A stretch of DNA of 64,000 nt from an uncultured Parachlamydiaceae bacterium (GTDB taxonomy: Bacteria; Chlamydiota; Chlamydiia; Chlamydiales; Parachlamydiaceae). This document shows, piece after piece, positions 38,416-48,097 of this stretch; positions within the stretch are counted from its first letter, which is position 1; each line of letters begins with the position of its first letter. A program made the translations under genes and the position numbers. The notes beneath the pieces are model-generated. The model had not been told where the DNA came from. It saw nothing but the letters and a program-made list of their open reading frames with translations, and did not search any database. The stretch spans positions 375,968 through 439,967 of the forward strand of contig OY969795.1 in the NCBI GenBank assembly GCA_963703185.1, in the 5' to 3' direction.

Positions 38416-38453
38416 GCCGTTTTTCGTGCCCGTGCCCGGGCACGAAAAACGGC
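38416..38453. terminator. Bidirectional GC-rich hairpin between convergent genes
   Basis: gccgtttttcgtgccc / gggcacgaaaaacggc, a 16-bp perfect stem with 6-nt loop, between the stops at 38400 (+) and 38458 (-). Confidence 0.6.
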
Positions 38454-38457
38454 AAGC

Positions 38458-39480
38458 TTAACGATAAAGATACAAGAATTTGCCCGACAAAGCTTGATCA
38501 AATTCCGGTGCCAATTTAATCTCATGCTTGATTTTGCCTGACAATAGCATCGCCTGTCCTGTCAGCAACGTCGTCAACCAAGATTTACCTCCCATTTGAA
38601 CTACTTGATAGTCATCGCCTTCAATACCAGCTTCTTTCAATAAAAGTTTTAAAGCCTCATTCCGGCTGTAACCGCTTCCATCAATGTACCCATATTTCAA
38701 AGCTATCGGCGCAGTATAAATTTTGGCTCCATATTCATCCATCAACAACTGTTTATTCATTTCAGGACGGTTTGTAGCTACAATATCCACAAATTTTAAA
38801 TAATAATCATCGATGATATTCTGCAGATGGTCTTGTTCGCCCGGCTTCCAAGGACGCAGAGGATTTAACTCATCTTTCCCTTTTCCGGCCGAAAGGGTCA
38901 AAGCTTGAACTCCCACTTTTTCAATTAATTGCGATACATTTAAAAAAGAGGGGCTTAGTACTCCCACACTGCCTATCAAGCTAATATCGCTAGCATAAAT
39001 TTTGTCGGCAGCCGAGGCTACATAGATGCCTCCTGATGCGCATAACCCATCCACATAGGCGTATACAGGAACATTATATTGCGCTTTATAATCTTTCAAT
39101 GCTTCATAGATCCCATCGGAATCAAGCACTGTACCTCCTGGCGATTCAATGACCAGCAATATCCCCTTAACGCGATCCTTCAAGTCGGCTTCGCGTGACT
39201 CAATCAGCATTTGCCGCACAGATTGCTGTGTCAGTCCCTCTAGACCGATGACGCCGTTGATATTCATCTGAAGGATGGCCGGAGATTGCTGTGAAAGCTT
39301 CTTCCTGACTCCATCGGCGTTGGCAACAATTTCAACATCATATTCCGCTTCAGGTTGTGTATCCTTGGAAAAAACGGAAAAGATAGCAGCGATTGGTATC
39401 AAGGCTAAAAAAATTCCTGTCATACTAAAAAGAGCGATCATAAATGCACGCAAAGAGGCATATAAAATAGAATCACGCAT
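38458..39480 (-). CDS. sppA: Signal peptide peptidase SppA (S49 family, 36K type)
   Basis: 340 aa. N-terminal TM segment. GLCASGGIYVASAADKIYA serine-nucleophile region. Confidence 0.85.
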   Translation of the reverse strand: MRDSILYASLRAFMIALFSMTGIFLALIPIAAIFSVFSKDTQPEAEYDVEIVANADGVRKKLSQQSPAILQMNINGVIGLEGLTQQSVRQMLIESREADLKDRVKGILLVIESPGGTVLDSDGIYEALKDYKAQYNVPVYAYVDGLCASGGIYVASAADKIYASDISLIGSVGVLSPSFLNVSQLIEKVGVQALTLSAGKGKDELNPLRPWKPGEQDHLQNIIDDYYLKFVDIVATNRPEMNKQLLMDEYGAKIYTAPIALKYGYIDGSGYSRNEALKLLLKEAGIEGDDYQVVQMGGKSWLTTLLTGQAMLLSGKIKHEIKLAPEFDQALSGKFLYLYR

Positions 39481-39494
39481 AAACTTCCTTCATG

Positions 39495-42272
39495 TTAAAG
39501 ATTCGGCAGGGCAGCCGCCAATCGGGCTACGGGAATACGATAGGGAGAACACGATACATAGTCAAGGCCGATTTCATGGCAAAATTGAATGGAGTTCGGA
39601 TCTCCTCCATGCTCGCCACAAATGCCGCATTTCAGAGTTGGGCATACTTGCCGTCCCCGCCTTACGGCAATCAACATCAATTGACCAACCCCTTCCCTAT
39701 CGATCGTTTGAAAGGGATCGTCTATAAAAATGCGCATGAGTTCTTCGGGATTTTCAGGATCAGGAACTCCCCTTACATATAAAGGAACGAACTTGGCGCT
39801 GTCATCCCGGCTAATGCCAAAGGCTGTCTGTGTCAAATCATTCGTGCCAAAGCTAAAAAATTCCGCCGCTCTGGCAATATCATCCGCTACTAAAGCAGCT
39901 CGAGGTAGTTCTATCATGGTGCCAACAGTATAGTGCAAAGAAACGCCTTGCTGGGCAAAGACTTCCTTAGCTGTTTTATCGATGATCATTTTTTGATGAT
40001 CAAATTCCGCACGTGTTGAAATTAACGGCACCATGATTTCCGGGGTTACCAAAACCCCCTCTTCGCCCACTTCAATAGCAGCTTCCAATATTGCCCGCGT
40101 TTGCATCGCCGTCAACTCGGGACTTGTAATGCCCACACGGCATCCTCTATGGCCTAGCATCGGGTTATGTTCCAACAACGATATGCGTATTTCGCTCAAC
40201 TTCTCGATAGGAATATGCATCAGCTCTGCCAAGACTTGCAGCTCTTCATGATTATGGGGCATAAACTCGTGCAAGGGCGGATCTAAAAACCGGATAGTCA
40301 CAGGCAATCCATCCATGGCACGGAAGATGCCGATAAAATCTTGTTTTTGATGGGGAAGCAATCGTTCTATCGCTTGTTTACGTTCCTGTTGATGGGTGCT
40401 GAATAGCATCCTACGCACATCTGTCAATCGGGTGGGATCCATAAACATATGTTCAGTCCGGCAAAGCCCTATCCCTTCCGCTCCAAAAGCGCGCGCCACA
40501 AGGCTATCTTGAGGGGTATCTGCGTTGGCGCGTATACGCAGACTGCGATACTTATCGGCCAAGTCCATAATCTTTTTATAGTGTTTGTATACAAGGCTAT
40601 TTGAGGGGCCTTTGGATTTATTTAATAAGCATTGCACAATCTCAGAGGGGCTTGTTTTCAACTCGCAAAAGAAAACTTCGCCCGTTGTGCCATCAATGGA
40701 GATGGAGTCCCCTTCTTTTAAGATCGCCCCTTGACATGTCACTATTTTGGCTTCAGGATCAAGTTGAAGGGCTTCGCAACCTACGACACAAGGTTTTCCC
40801 ATGCCTCTAGCGACCACAGCAGCATGGCTGGTCTTGCCTCCGCGGATTGTCAAAATTCCCTCCGCCGCGACCATTCCAGGAAAGTCGTCGGGATTAGCTT
40901 CTTCTCTGACAAGGATGCAATGCATCCCTTGTTTTTTCATCTCAACAGCTTTTTCTGAAGAAAAAGCAGCCTGTCCTGAAGCTGCTCCGGGACCGGCATT
41001 AAGCCCTCTTGCCACCATCTTTTCACCCGCCTCTTTTTTGGCGGCAGAATCAAAAACAGGCGCAAGGATCTGAACAAGTTGATCGGGTTGAATCCGCTTC
41101 AAAGCTTTCTTTTCATCGACCAAACCTTCCTCAAGCATTTCAACTGCCATCCGTATCGCTGCAAATCCTGTTCGCTTGCCCGTCCTGGTCTGCAGCATAT
41201 ATAGCTTGCCATCCTCAATCGTAAACTCGATGTCTTGCATATCGTGATAATGCTTTTCTAATCTCCCCACAATATCGAGCAATTGACTATAGACCGAAGG
41301 CATAAGCTCTTCAAGGCTAACTAAGGAGGATTTCATCATCCTTTTTTGATAGAGATTAATGGGATGCGGGGTGCGGATGCCTGCAACCACTTCCTCTCCT
41401 TGCGCATTCAAAAGAAACTCCCCATAAAAATACTTGGCTCCTGTGGAAGGGTCGCGCGTAAAAGCCACGCCGGTGGCCGAGCGGTCATTGCGATTGCCAA
41501 AGACCATTTGCTGCACAATGACCGCGGTTCCCCAGTCGTCAGGATAGCGGTTGATCTGCCGGTAAAGGGTCGCCCGTTCGCTATCCCAGCTATTGAACAC
41601 GGCTTTGATAGCTTCAAAAAGCTGTTCTTGAGCATCTTGTGGAAAAGGAGAACCAGCGTGCTGCTCATAAATGCGCTTGAATACCGCACACGCCTCTTTC
41701 AATCCGTCTAAGCTTAACTCGCTAGCATGGGCTACCCCTTCCTGCATTTTTAGCATTTGGAAGGCTTGATCAAAAAACTTGCGGCTAACTCCATGCACGA
41801 TATCGGCATACATTTCAATGAAACGGCGGTAATTATCATAGGCTAGCCGTTCATTTTGCATCACATCGGCAAAACCCAAAACGGAACGATCATTCATTCC
41901 TAAATTTAGAACCGTATCCATCATACCCGGCATCGAAACTCTTGCACCCGAGCGCACTGAAACGAGCAACGGCTTGGTTTCACTGCCAAATTCTAATCCT
42001 GTTTGCTCCTCAAGCCCCTTCATGGCTGCGTAAACTTTATCTTCAAATCCTTCAGGAAATTGTTTTTCATGCCGATAGTCGTTGCATGCTTCGGTTGAAA
42101 TGATAAAACCTGGAGGAACCGGCATGCCGATCGAAGCCATTTCAGCTAAACCGTTGCCCTTTCCCCCCAAGATCGTTTTATCCAAAGGAGGGACGGGAAA
42201 ACCTTTGCCGTATGAGTAGACATATTCCCCTGAAGACTTTTTCGTAGGAATTTTAGGAGCAGATATAGTCAT
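39495..42272 (-). CDS. ppdK: Pyruvate, phosphate dikinase
   Basis: 925 aa. GGKTSHAAVVARGMGKPCV phosphohistidine motif, an ATP-grasp N-terminus and a PEP-utilising C-terminus. Confidence 0.95.
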   Translation of the reverse strand: MTISAPKIPTKKSSGEYVYSYGKGFPVPPLDKTILGGKGNGLAEMASIGMPVPPGFIISTEACNDYRHEKQFPEGFEDKVYAAMKGLEEQTGLEFGSETKPLLVSVRSGARVSMPGMMDTVLNLGMNDRSVLGFADVMQNERLAYDNYRRFIEMYADIVHGVSRKFFDQAFQMLKMQEGVAHASELSLDGLKEACAVFKRIYEQHAGSPFPQDAQEQLFEAIKAVFNSWDSERATLYRQINRYPDDWGTAVIVQQMVFGNRNDRSATGVAFTRDPSTGAKYFYGEFLLNAQGEEVVAGIRTPHPINLYQKRMMKSSLVSLEELMPSVYSQLLDIVGRLEKHYHDMQDIEFTIEDGKLYMLQTRTGKRTGFAAIRMAVEMLEEGLVDEKKALKRIQPDQLVQILAPVFDSAAKKEAGEKMVARGLNAGPGAASGQAAFSSEKAVEMKKQGMHCILVREEANPDDFPGMVAAEGILTIRGGKTSHAAVVARGMGKPCVVGCEALQLDPEAKIVTCQGAILKEGDSISIDGTTGEVFFCELKTSPSEIVQCLLNKSKGPSNSLVYKHYKKIMDLADKYRSLRIRANADTPQDSLVARAFGAEGIGLCRTEHMFMDPTRLTDVRRMLFSTHQQERKQAIERLLPHQKQDFIGIFRAMDGLPVTIRFLDPPLHEFMPHNHEELQVLAELMHIPIEKLSEIRISLLEHNPMLGHRGCRVGITSPELTAMQTRAILEAAIEVGEEGVLVTPEIMVPLISTRAEFDHQKMIIDKTAKEVFAQQGVSLHYTVGTMIELPRAALVADDIARAAEFFSFGTNDLTQTAFGISRDDSAKFVPLYVRGVPDPENPEELMRIFIDDPFQTIDREGVGQLMLIAVRRGRQVCPTLKCGICGEHGGDPNSIQFCHEIGLDYVSCSPYRIPVARLAAALPNL

Positions 42273-42296
42273 TGAATAAAACTCCTTGCAGGAAGT

Positions 42297-42701
42297 TCAA
42301 AAATGTGGAGAGACAACCCCATCCAAATAAAGCCACTGTCCATTGACTTTTTCGAAACGGCTTTTCTCTTTAAAGGATGTATCGTGTCCGCTATGCCTAA
42401 TTTTCGCAATAAAAGTGACATATGCAAATTTTGGATCCTCTTTAAATTCCAAAATGTCAAGTTTATCAAAAGAAGCTTGGGTGCAGAAATCGAGAATATC
42501 TTGCTTCCAGGCATCCTTAAGGGTTGTAAATGAAGGATTTTTAGGATGAGCGGTACGCATAATATAATCGGCATCATGCAGCGCATATGCACTATAACGT
42601 GAACGCATTAATTCCAAAGCCGTAACAGGCAGCGCCCCATCGTGATAACGTTTGCAACATTTTTCATATTGAAGTTCCGATCCGCACGGACAAAGATCCA
42701 T
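42297..42701 (-). CDS. YchJ/UPF0225-family protein with SEC-C motif
   Basis: MDLCPCGSELQYEKCCKRYH... The start is taken at the conserved motif. The 64-codon N-terminal extension in the ORF track overlaps hemH upstream sequence and looks non-coding. Confidence 0.8.
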   Translation of the reverse strand: MDLCPCGSELQYEKCCKRYHDGALPVTALELMRSRYSAYALHDADYIMRTAHPKNPSFTTLKDAWKQDILDFCTQASFDKLDILEFKEDPKFAYVTFIAKIRHSGHDTSFKEKSRFEKVNGQWLYLDGVVSPHF

Positions 42702-42816
42702 CTGCAATTCCTTTTTTCCATTCTCATTATATTCATAGCATAGGCAAAAAATGAAAAAAAGCGTAGCTTTAATACCTTGGATGATGAAGGAAATAATCGT
42801 TAAAAATACTAGCCTT

Positions 42817-43839
42817 ATGAACGAACTTAGAAAAACCGGTGTTTTGCTTATCAACTTGGGAACGCCCAATTCCCCCGATCCCAAAGATGTCAAACGCTAC
42901 CTGATCGAGTTTTTGACAGATCCTGACGTGATTGACTCGCCATGGCTATGGCGGCAATTCCTTGTGCGCTGCCTTATCGTCCCTCAACGTTATAAACAAT
43001 CTGCGGCTCTTTATTCTTCCATTTGGTCGTCCAAAGGTTCTCCTCTTTACGTGCATGGAAAAAATGTGCAGTTGAAATTGCAGGAAAGGCTTGGTGCTTC
43101 ATTCCAAGTGGAACTAGCCATGCGTTATCAAAATCCATCGATTCAATCAGGTCTAAGCCGCCTTCTGGAACTTAAATTAGATGAGATCATTGTGCTGCCG
43201 CTATTTCCTCAATATGCACAGGCCACAACCGGTTCTATTTTTAAAAAAATTAAAAGCCATTTAAAGCTAGATGCCGCCGCTATCCCAAAAATCATCTTCA
43301 TTCAGGATTTTTTTCAGAATCCTGCTTTTATTGATGCTTTATGTGCGATAGCCAGACGATATCCTTTAGATTATTATGACCACTTTGTTTTCAGCTATCA
43401 TGGACTTCCGGAGAATCAGATTAAAAAAGCCGATAGATATTCAGGGTGTTTGCAAAATGCTGCGTGCTGCCTCACACTGCACCCGCAGAACTACCACTGC
43501 TATGCTGCACAATGTTATGCTACGACAAGGGCTCTTGCTGACAAACTTTCTATGCCGACAGGATCTTATAGCATCTGCTTTCAATCCCGCCTTGGAAAAG
43601 CACCCTGGCTCCAACCCTATGCCAGCAATACGCTCTCACAATTAGGCAAACAAGGTAAAAAACGGATACTTGTCTTTTGCCCCTCTTTCGTGTGCGATTG
43701 CCTTGAAACACTTTATGAAATAGGTATAGAATATTCTCAAGAATTTAAATTGCATGGCGGAGAACGGTTAGACCTTGTTGAAGGGCTAAATGACTCCCCC
43801 TTATGGATAAAAGCTTTGGAAGAATTGATCGTAAAGTAA
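42817..43839 (+). CDS. hemH: Ferrochelatase
   Basis: MNELRKTGVLLINLGTPNSPDPKDVKRYLIEFLTDPDVID is the canonical HemH N-terminus within ORF 42751-43839. Confidence 0.9.
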   Translation: MNELRKTGVLLINLGTPNSPDPKDVKRYLIEFLTDPDVIDSPWLWRQFLVRCLIVPQRYKQSAALYSSIWSSKGSPLYVHGKNVQLKLQERLGASFQVELAMRYQNPSIQSGLSRLLELKLDEIIVLPLFPQYAQATTGSIFKKIKSHLKLDAAAIPKIIFIQDFFQNPAFIDALCAIARRYPLDYYDHFVFSYHGLPENQIKKADRYSGCLQNAACCLTLHPQNYHCYAAQCYATTRALADKLSMPTGSYSICFQSRLGKAPWLQPYASNTLSQLGKQGKKRILVFCPSFVCDCLETLYEIGIEYSQEFKLHGGERLDLVEGLNDSPLWIKALEELIVK

Positions 43840-43959
43840 AATCCCTCTCTCCTCCGCCTTTTTTGTGCCCGTGCCCGTTTGCTCTTCCGTTATTTGCTCA
43901 AATAACAAAAACGGCAACTCAAGGGCCGCTTTCGCGGCTTAAATCTACGCTATATTACT

Positions 43960-44346
43960 TTAATAGAATTTTTTAAATTTTTCATGTAGTGGATCTTTAT
44001 AAGACAATGAAAAAATAAATTGTTTTACTTCTTCATTTGCTTTAAGTCTTTGAAGAAAAGCTGGATCTTTAGCAAGGTCAGCATCGACAAAGTCCAGAAC
44101 TTTGTGAATGCCTATTTCTTGAGCAAGACCAAGAAGATCAATAATAAAATCCGCGTCTTTTTTTAACGATTGATTAACCCGAAACAATACTGTAGGATCA
44201 AATTTAAGAGCCTGAAGTAAAAATTCTTTATTCTCAGCCAAATCAGCGAAGGTTATTTTATAAGCCCAATTAAATTTCGGTTGCAATTGAAACATTTTAA
44301 GCATAAATTCTCCATTTCCGGCTAATCCATTCACATATGGATACAT
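43960..44346 (-). CDS. DUF4116-like repeat protein
   Basis: NKEFLLQALKFDPTVLFRVNQSLKKDADFIIDLL and related repeats resemble DUF4116 units. Confidence 0.5.
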   Translation of the reverse strand: MYPYVNGLAGNGEFMLKMFQLQPKFNWAYKITFADLAENKEFLLQALKFDPTVLFRVNQSLKKDADFIIDLLGLAQEIGIHKVLDFVDADLAKDPAFLQRLKANEEVKQFIFSLSYKDPLHEKFKKFY

Positions 44347-44443
44347 ATTATAATCGGGATCTCGTTCGATAACTTTTATAATAAAATCTTGATCATCTTC
44401 ATATTTCTTAAAAGGAACTACGCAGTGTAACCACTCATTATGT

Positions 44444-45154
44444 TTAATATTTGGGGGGTTTGTTCCTTAAAAGATCCAAGACAAAATCTCGATCTTTAAG
44501 ATGATTATTCAAAAAAATCTTCTTCCAAGTCTTTCTACTCAGGATTTTGCGATCGTCTAGTTTTATAATGTTAACTATGAAGTCTTTATTATTTTGCAAT
44601 GCAGGGCAAGCTGTCAGAATATGTTTTACTGCTTTTGGATATTTGGATAAAAGATATCGAATAAAGCGTATATTCTCTTGTAGTTCTTTACCAAGATATT
44701 TAGCTGCTTGTGGTTTCAACTCAATCCGGGCTCTCATAAATTCTCCATGATTTCTTAATTCAGGAGTCGCAAACTGTAACGCATCGACGTTTTGGCAAAA
44801 AGCCATATTAACAATAACATTATCTCCCTTCAACCTTGAACTTGCTTTCGCAAAATCCAATCCATTAAGGCGCACAGCCCTTGAAACATAGCCAGAATCG
44901 TTCCATTTTCTATTAGCTAAGTCATATAGTCCAACAACAATATTACCTAAAAAAGGAAGCAATAATATCACACAGCGAGCATAGGATTTATCTCGCAAAT
45001 GTCTGATATATGGATTGTTAGATGGTTCTGTTTTTGGAGGAACAAAAGCCATTTTGGCAAAAATATCGTATAAATTTGACGCAGAGCTGATAACAGGTAC
45101 TTTATCTGAAATATTATCGGCGAAAATTAAAAGGCGAGGATTTAAATTAACCAT
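44444..45154 (-). CDS. DUF4116-like repeat protein
   Basis: LQNNKDFIVNIIKLD, LKDRDFVLDLLRNKP and LRNHGEFMRARIELKP repeats. N-terminal hydrophobic segment. Confidence 0.55.
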   Translation of the reverse strand: MVNLNPRLLIFADNISDKVPVISSASNLYDIFAKMAFVPPKTEPSNNPYIRHLRDKSYARCVILLLPFLGNIVVGLYDLANRKWNDSGYVSRAVRLNGLDFAKASSRLKGDNVIVNMAFCQNVDALQFATPELRNHGEFMRARIELKPQAAKYLGKELQENIRFIRYLLSKYPKAVKHILTACPALQNNKDFIVNIIKLDDRKILSRKTWKKIFLNNHLKDRDFVLDLLRNKPPKY

Positions 45155-45243
45155 ATAAAACCAAATTAATTATATTAGACTTTTTTCAAAACTAGCGTTT
45201 TGAAAAAATTTAATGTATATATGATGCCTTTGTGGAGGTATCA

Positions 45244-46115
45244 ATGAAATACGATCAAATAGAAGAATTCTCAGATGAACAATTTCGCAGATTAACAGGG
45301 GTTAAAAAAAGTACGTTTAAAAAAATGGTCGAGATTTTAAGGGAAGCGGATCAGAAGAAAAAAACTCGAGGTGGACGTAAGAGTAGGTTATCGATTGAAG
45401 ATCGGCTGCTTATGGCTCTAGAATACATTAGAGAATATAGGACTTATTTTCATATAGCAACAAGCTATGGAGTAAGTGAAAGCGTGGCATACAAAATTGT
45501 ACGCTGGGTAGAGAACACTTTGATTAAAGACCCCGCATTTGCTTTGCCAGGGCGTAAAGCTCTTTTAAAAAGTGATATGGAATATGAAGTTCTGCTTATA
45601 GATGCATCTGAAACGCCAATAGAACGCCCTAAAAAAAAGTCAGACAAAAGCAGAAAATAAAAAATCGGAACAATAAGCAGAAACATTTTTATTCAGGTAA
45701 GAAGAAAAGACATACAATAAAGAGCCAGATTGTTGTAGATAAGAGAACAAAAAAAGTAATTTGTACAAATTTTAGTAATGGGAAGAAGCACGACTTTAAA
45801 TTGTTTAAAGAAAGCAGAGTACGGTGGACAAAAGATCGTTGTGGAATAACGGACAGTGGATACACAGGAATAAAGAAATTACAGAGCAATTCAAGGCTTC
45901 CAAAAAAATCCAGTAAGAAGAAGCCTCTAACAGTAGAAGAGAAAAAACAAAATAGAGAAATATCTTCTGAAAGGGTTGTGAACGAGAATGTGATAGGGAG
46001 TTTAAAAATATTTAAAATTATAAGTGACAGATATAGGAATCGAAGAAAGGGATTTGGTTTGCGATTCAATTTGATCGCAGGAATTCACAATTTAGAGTTG
46101 ACTAGGGAGTTTTGA
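45244..46115 (+). CDS. DDE transposase made from two frames by a -1 frameshift (about 290 aa)
   Basis: orfA (HTH; ...LIDASETPIERPKKK) ends at 45660. The -1 frame is open from about 45639 and encodes ...YSGKKKRHTIKSQIVVD...DSGYTGI...NENVIGSLK..F.L, a DDE core. The start is taken at MKYDQIEEF. Confidence 0.75.
45633..45639 (+). promoter_or_regulatory. A_AAA_AAG -1 ribosomal frameshift heptamer
   Basis: The heptamer is in the correct zero-frame phase (cct aaa aaa aag tca). The -1 frame continues open into the DDE domain. Confidence 0.6.
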
Positions 46116-46269
46116 AAGAAGTCTATTTTAGTAAGGCTATTATAAACAATTTACGATTATTTTTCAATATTTTTTTATAAATTATTTATTTTATCTCTAC
46201 AAAAAAAGGATATATCTTTTATTCTCAAAGCTGTTATATTGTTTGAATATTTTGCGGAGGTTTTTTCCT

Positions 46270-47433
46270 ATGGCATCTCAATCACAAAACTCAGGCGTTA
46301 TTGCTGCCGGCTTGGCTCTTTTTTCCATGTTCTTTGGAGCGGGTGATTTAATTTGGCCCCTTATCCTGGGCGGCGCATCGGGTGATAAAAATTTATTTGC
46401 CATGTTAGGTCTTTTAATAACGGGGGTAAGCTTACCTTTGTTGGGACTGATTGCCATGATGCTTTTCGATGGTGATTACCGTGCTTTTTTCGGCCGGATC
46501 GGCAAAGGCCCTTCCCTTATATTAATCTTTGTCATTCAAGCTATTTTGGGGCCGATTGGCTCTATTCCCCGCTTGATAACACTTTCTCATGCGACCTTAA
46601 AGCCATATTTACCTCTTGAAATGAACCTGATTCTATTCAGTGTAGGTGCTTGCATTGTAGTTTTCGCTTTTACAATACGGCCGCAAAAGGTAATTGATCT
46701 TCTGGGCTTGGTATTAACTCCGGTCTTGCTGCTCTCATTAGGAGCGATCTTAGCCATCGGTTTTTATTCACCACCTGCGCCAGTTGTCGTCGACATCAGC
46801 CAACCCGCTGCTTTTGTCAGTGGAATTAAAGTGGGGTACAATACTTTAGACTTAATCGCATCTTTTATATTTGCTCCGCTTGCCGCCTCTCATTTTCTAA
46901 CAGATGGCAAGACTCCAGAATCGAAGAAGTCGATCTTAAAAAAAATGGTCAAAGCTAGTTTGATCGCGGCCTCTCTTCTTTCTGCCATGTACATCGGATT
47001 AACTTATGTTGCCTCTTTTTATACTCCTTATTTGGATGCCGCACATCGGCCGGAAGAACGATTGTCGCTGATTTCACTATACCTTTTAGGACCTAAAGGT
47101 GCCTTAATTTCATGTCTAGCGGTAGCCATGGCTTGCTTAACAACTGCCATCCCTTTAGTTTCAATCTGTGCAGATTACATCAGAGAGGACCTTTTAGGTA
47201 ATAAAATAGGTCGAACAATACCATTATTGACCACGTTAGCCATTTCGATCTTTATCGCTAATTTAGGCTTTATGGGAATTGCGGATATGTTAGGACCTGT
47301 TTTACAAATTTTATGTCCGGGACTGATTGTCTTGAGCGTATTAAACATTGCACATAAGCTTTATGAAACACGCGTGCCCCGCGTTCCGGTCTTTGCAACC
47401 TTTGCCCTCTCTACGCTAGGTTATGTGTTTTAA
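46270..47433 (+). CDS. brnQ: Branched-chain amino acid transport system II carrier (LIVCS family)
   Basis: GLALFSMFFGAGDLIWPLILG motif and about 12 hydrophobic segments. ATG at 46270 is preferred over the upstream TTG. Confidence 0.9.
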   Translation: MASQSQNSGVIAAGLALFSMFFGAGDLIWPLILGGASGDKNLFAMLGLLITGVSLPLLGLIAMMLFDGDYRAFFGRIGKGPSLILIFVIQAILGPIGSIPRLITLSHATLKPYLPLEMNLILFSVGACIVVFAFTIRPQKVIDLLGLVLTPVLLLSLGAILAIGFYSPPAPVVVDISQPAAFVSGIKVGYNTLDLIASFIFAPLAASHFLTDGKTPESKKSILKKMVKASLIAASLLSAMYIGLTYVASFYTPYLDAAHRPEERLSLISLYLLGPKGALISCLAVAMACLTTAIPLVSICADYIREDLLGNKIGRTIPLLTTLAISIFIANLGFMGIADMLGPVLQILCPGLIVLSVLNIAHKLYETRVPRVPVFATFALSTLGYVF

Positions 47434-47439
47434 ACGGTT

Positions 47440-47479
47440 CTGCCGTTTTCGTGCACGAACATGGGCACGAAAACGGCAG
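47440..47479. terminator. Bidirectional hairpin between convergent brnQ and ridA
   Basis: ctgccgttttcgtgc / gcacgaaaacggcag, a 15-bp perfect stem. The stem sequence is nearly the same as the hairpin at 38416-38453. Confidence 0.6.
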
Positions 47480-47487
47480 TAGAATCA

Positions 47488-47898
47488 TTAAACACCCTTT
47501 GCCACTGCAATACACGAGATCTCAATGCGCGAGCCTAAGGGCAGATCGGCCGCTTGGATCGTCTGCCGAACAGGATTCGTAGGGCCTACAAACCATTTGG
47601 CATACTCTTCATTCATCCCTCCGAACTCTTTCAGATCTTTAAGAAAGACTTCTGTACGGACAACGCGATCTAATCCACTGCCACCGGCTTTTAAGATGGC
47701 TTCCAAATTTAAGATCACCTGCTGTGTAAGCTCTTTGATATCCCCCTCCATGAGCTTCCCAAGTTTAGGATCGATCGGCAGCATGCCCGATACAAAAATC
47801 AATCTTTCACCCGCATTAAGCGACAAAGCAATCCCTTGCGAATAAGGACCTATAGCCTTGGGCGCATCGCCGGTTTCAATTCGTTGAATACTTGGCAT
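47488..47898 (-). CDS. ridA: RidA/YjgF/L-PSP family enamine/imine deaminase
   Basis: 136 aa. APKAIGPYSQG...FVSG, ...R..VEI family pattern. Confidence 0.9.
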   Translation of the reverse strand: MPSIQRIETGDAPKAIGPYSQGIALSLNAGERLIFVSGMLPIDPKLGKLMEGDIKELTQQVILNLEAILKAGGSGLDRVVRTEVFLKDLKEFGGMNEEYAKWFVGPTNPVRQTIQAADLPLGSRIEISCIAVAKGV

Positions 47899-48097
47899 AT
47901 TTAAAAAAACTCCTTTCTTTTTTGATCGGTTTTAGCCTTTAAAATATTCTATTTAAACCATATAAAAACTCGAGATAAAAACCTTAAAAAAAGGGAACTT
48001 TAGCGTCAAGTTTTCTTTGAATATGAATAGATTGAATTAGAAGTGATTTATTATCAACAGCTTGATCAAAAATGCCTCTTTCAGGTAAGCTAAGCCT

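Larger units (their letters stand above)
45177..46124. mobile_element. IS5-family-like insertion sequence, 948 bp, copy 1
   Basis: About 17-bp terminal inverted repeats agactt(t/c)tttcaaaact. 3-bp direct repeat ATT at 45174-45176 and 46125-46127. Near-identical inverted copy at 61054-62001. Confidence 0.85.

Noticed and set aside
39492-42272. Numerous 60-150-aa ORFs on the plus strand and in alternative frames inside ppdK. The same situation occurs inside polA, rho, ispG, rhs, istA and the transposase genes.
   Set aside because: They are fully embedded in long, clearly homologous genes. They have no independent signals and compositions typical of off-frame translation.
42702-42893. N-terminal 64-codon extension of the YchJ-like ORF
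   Set aside because: The conserved family start (MDLCPCGS, SEC-C motif) is at 42701. The extension is hydrophobic off-frame-like sequence overlapping the hemH 5' region on the other strand.
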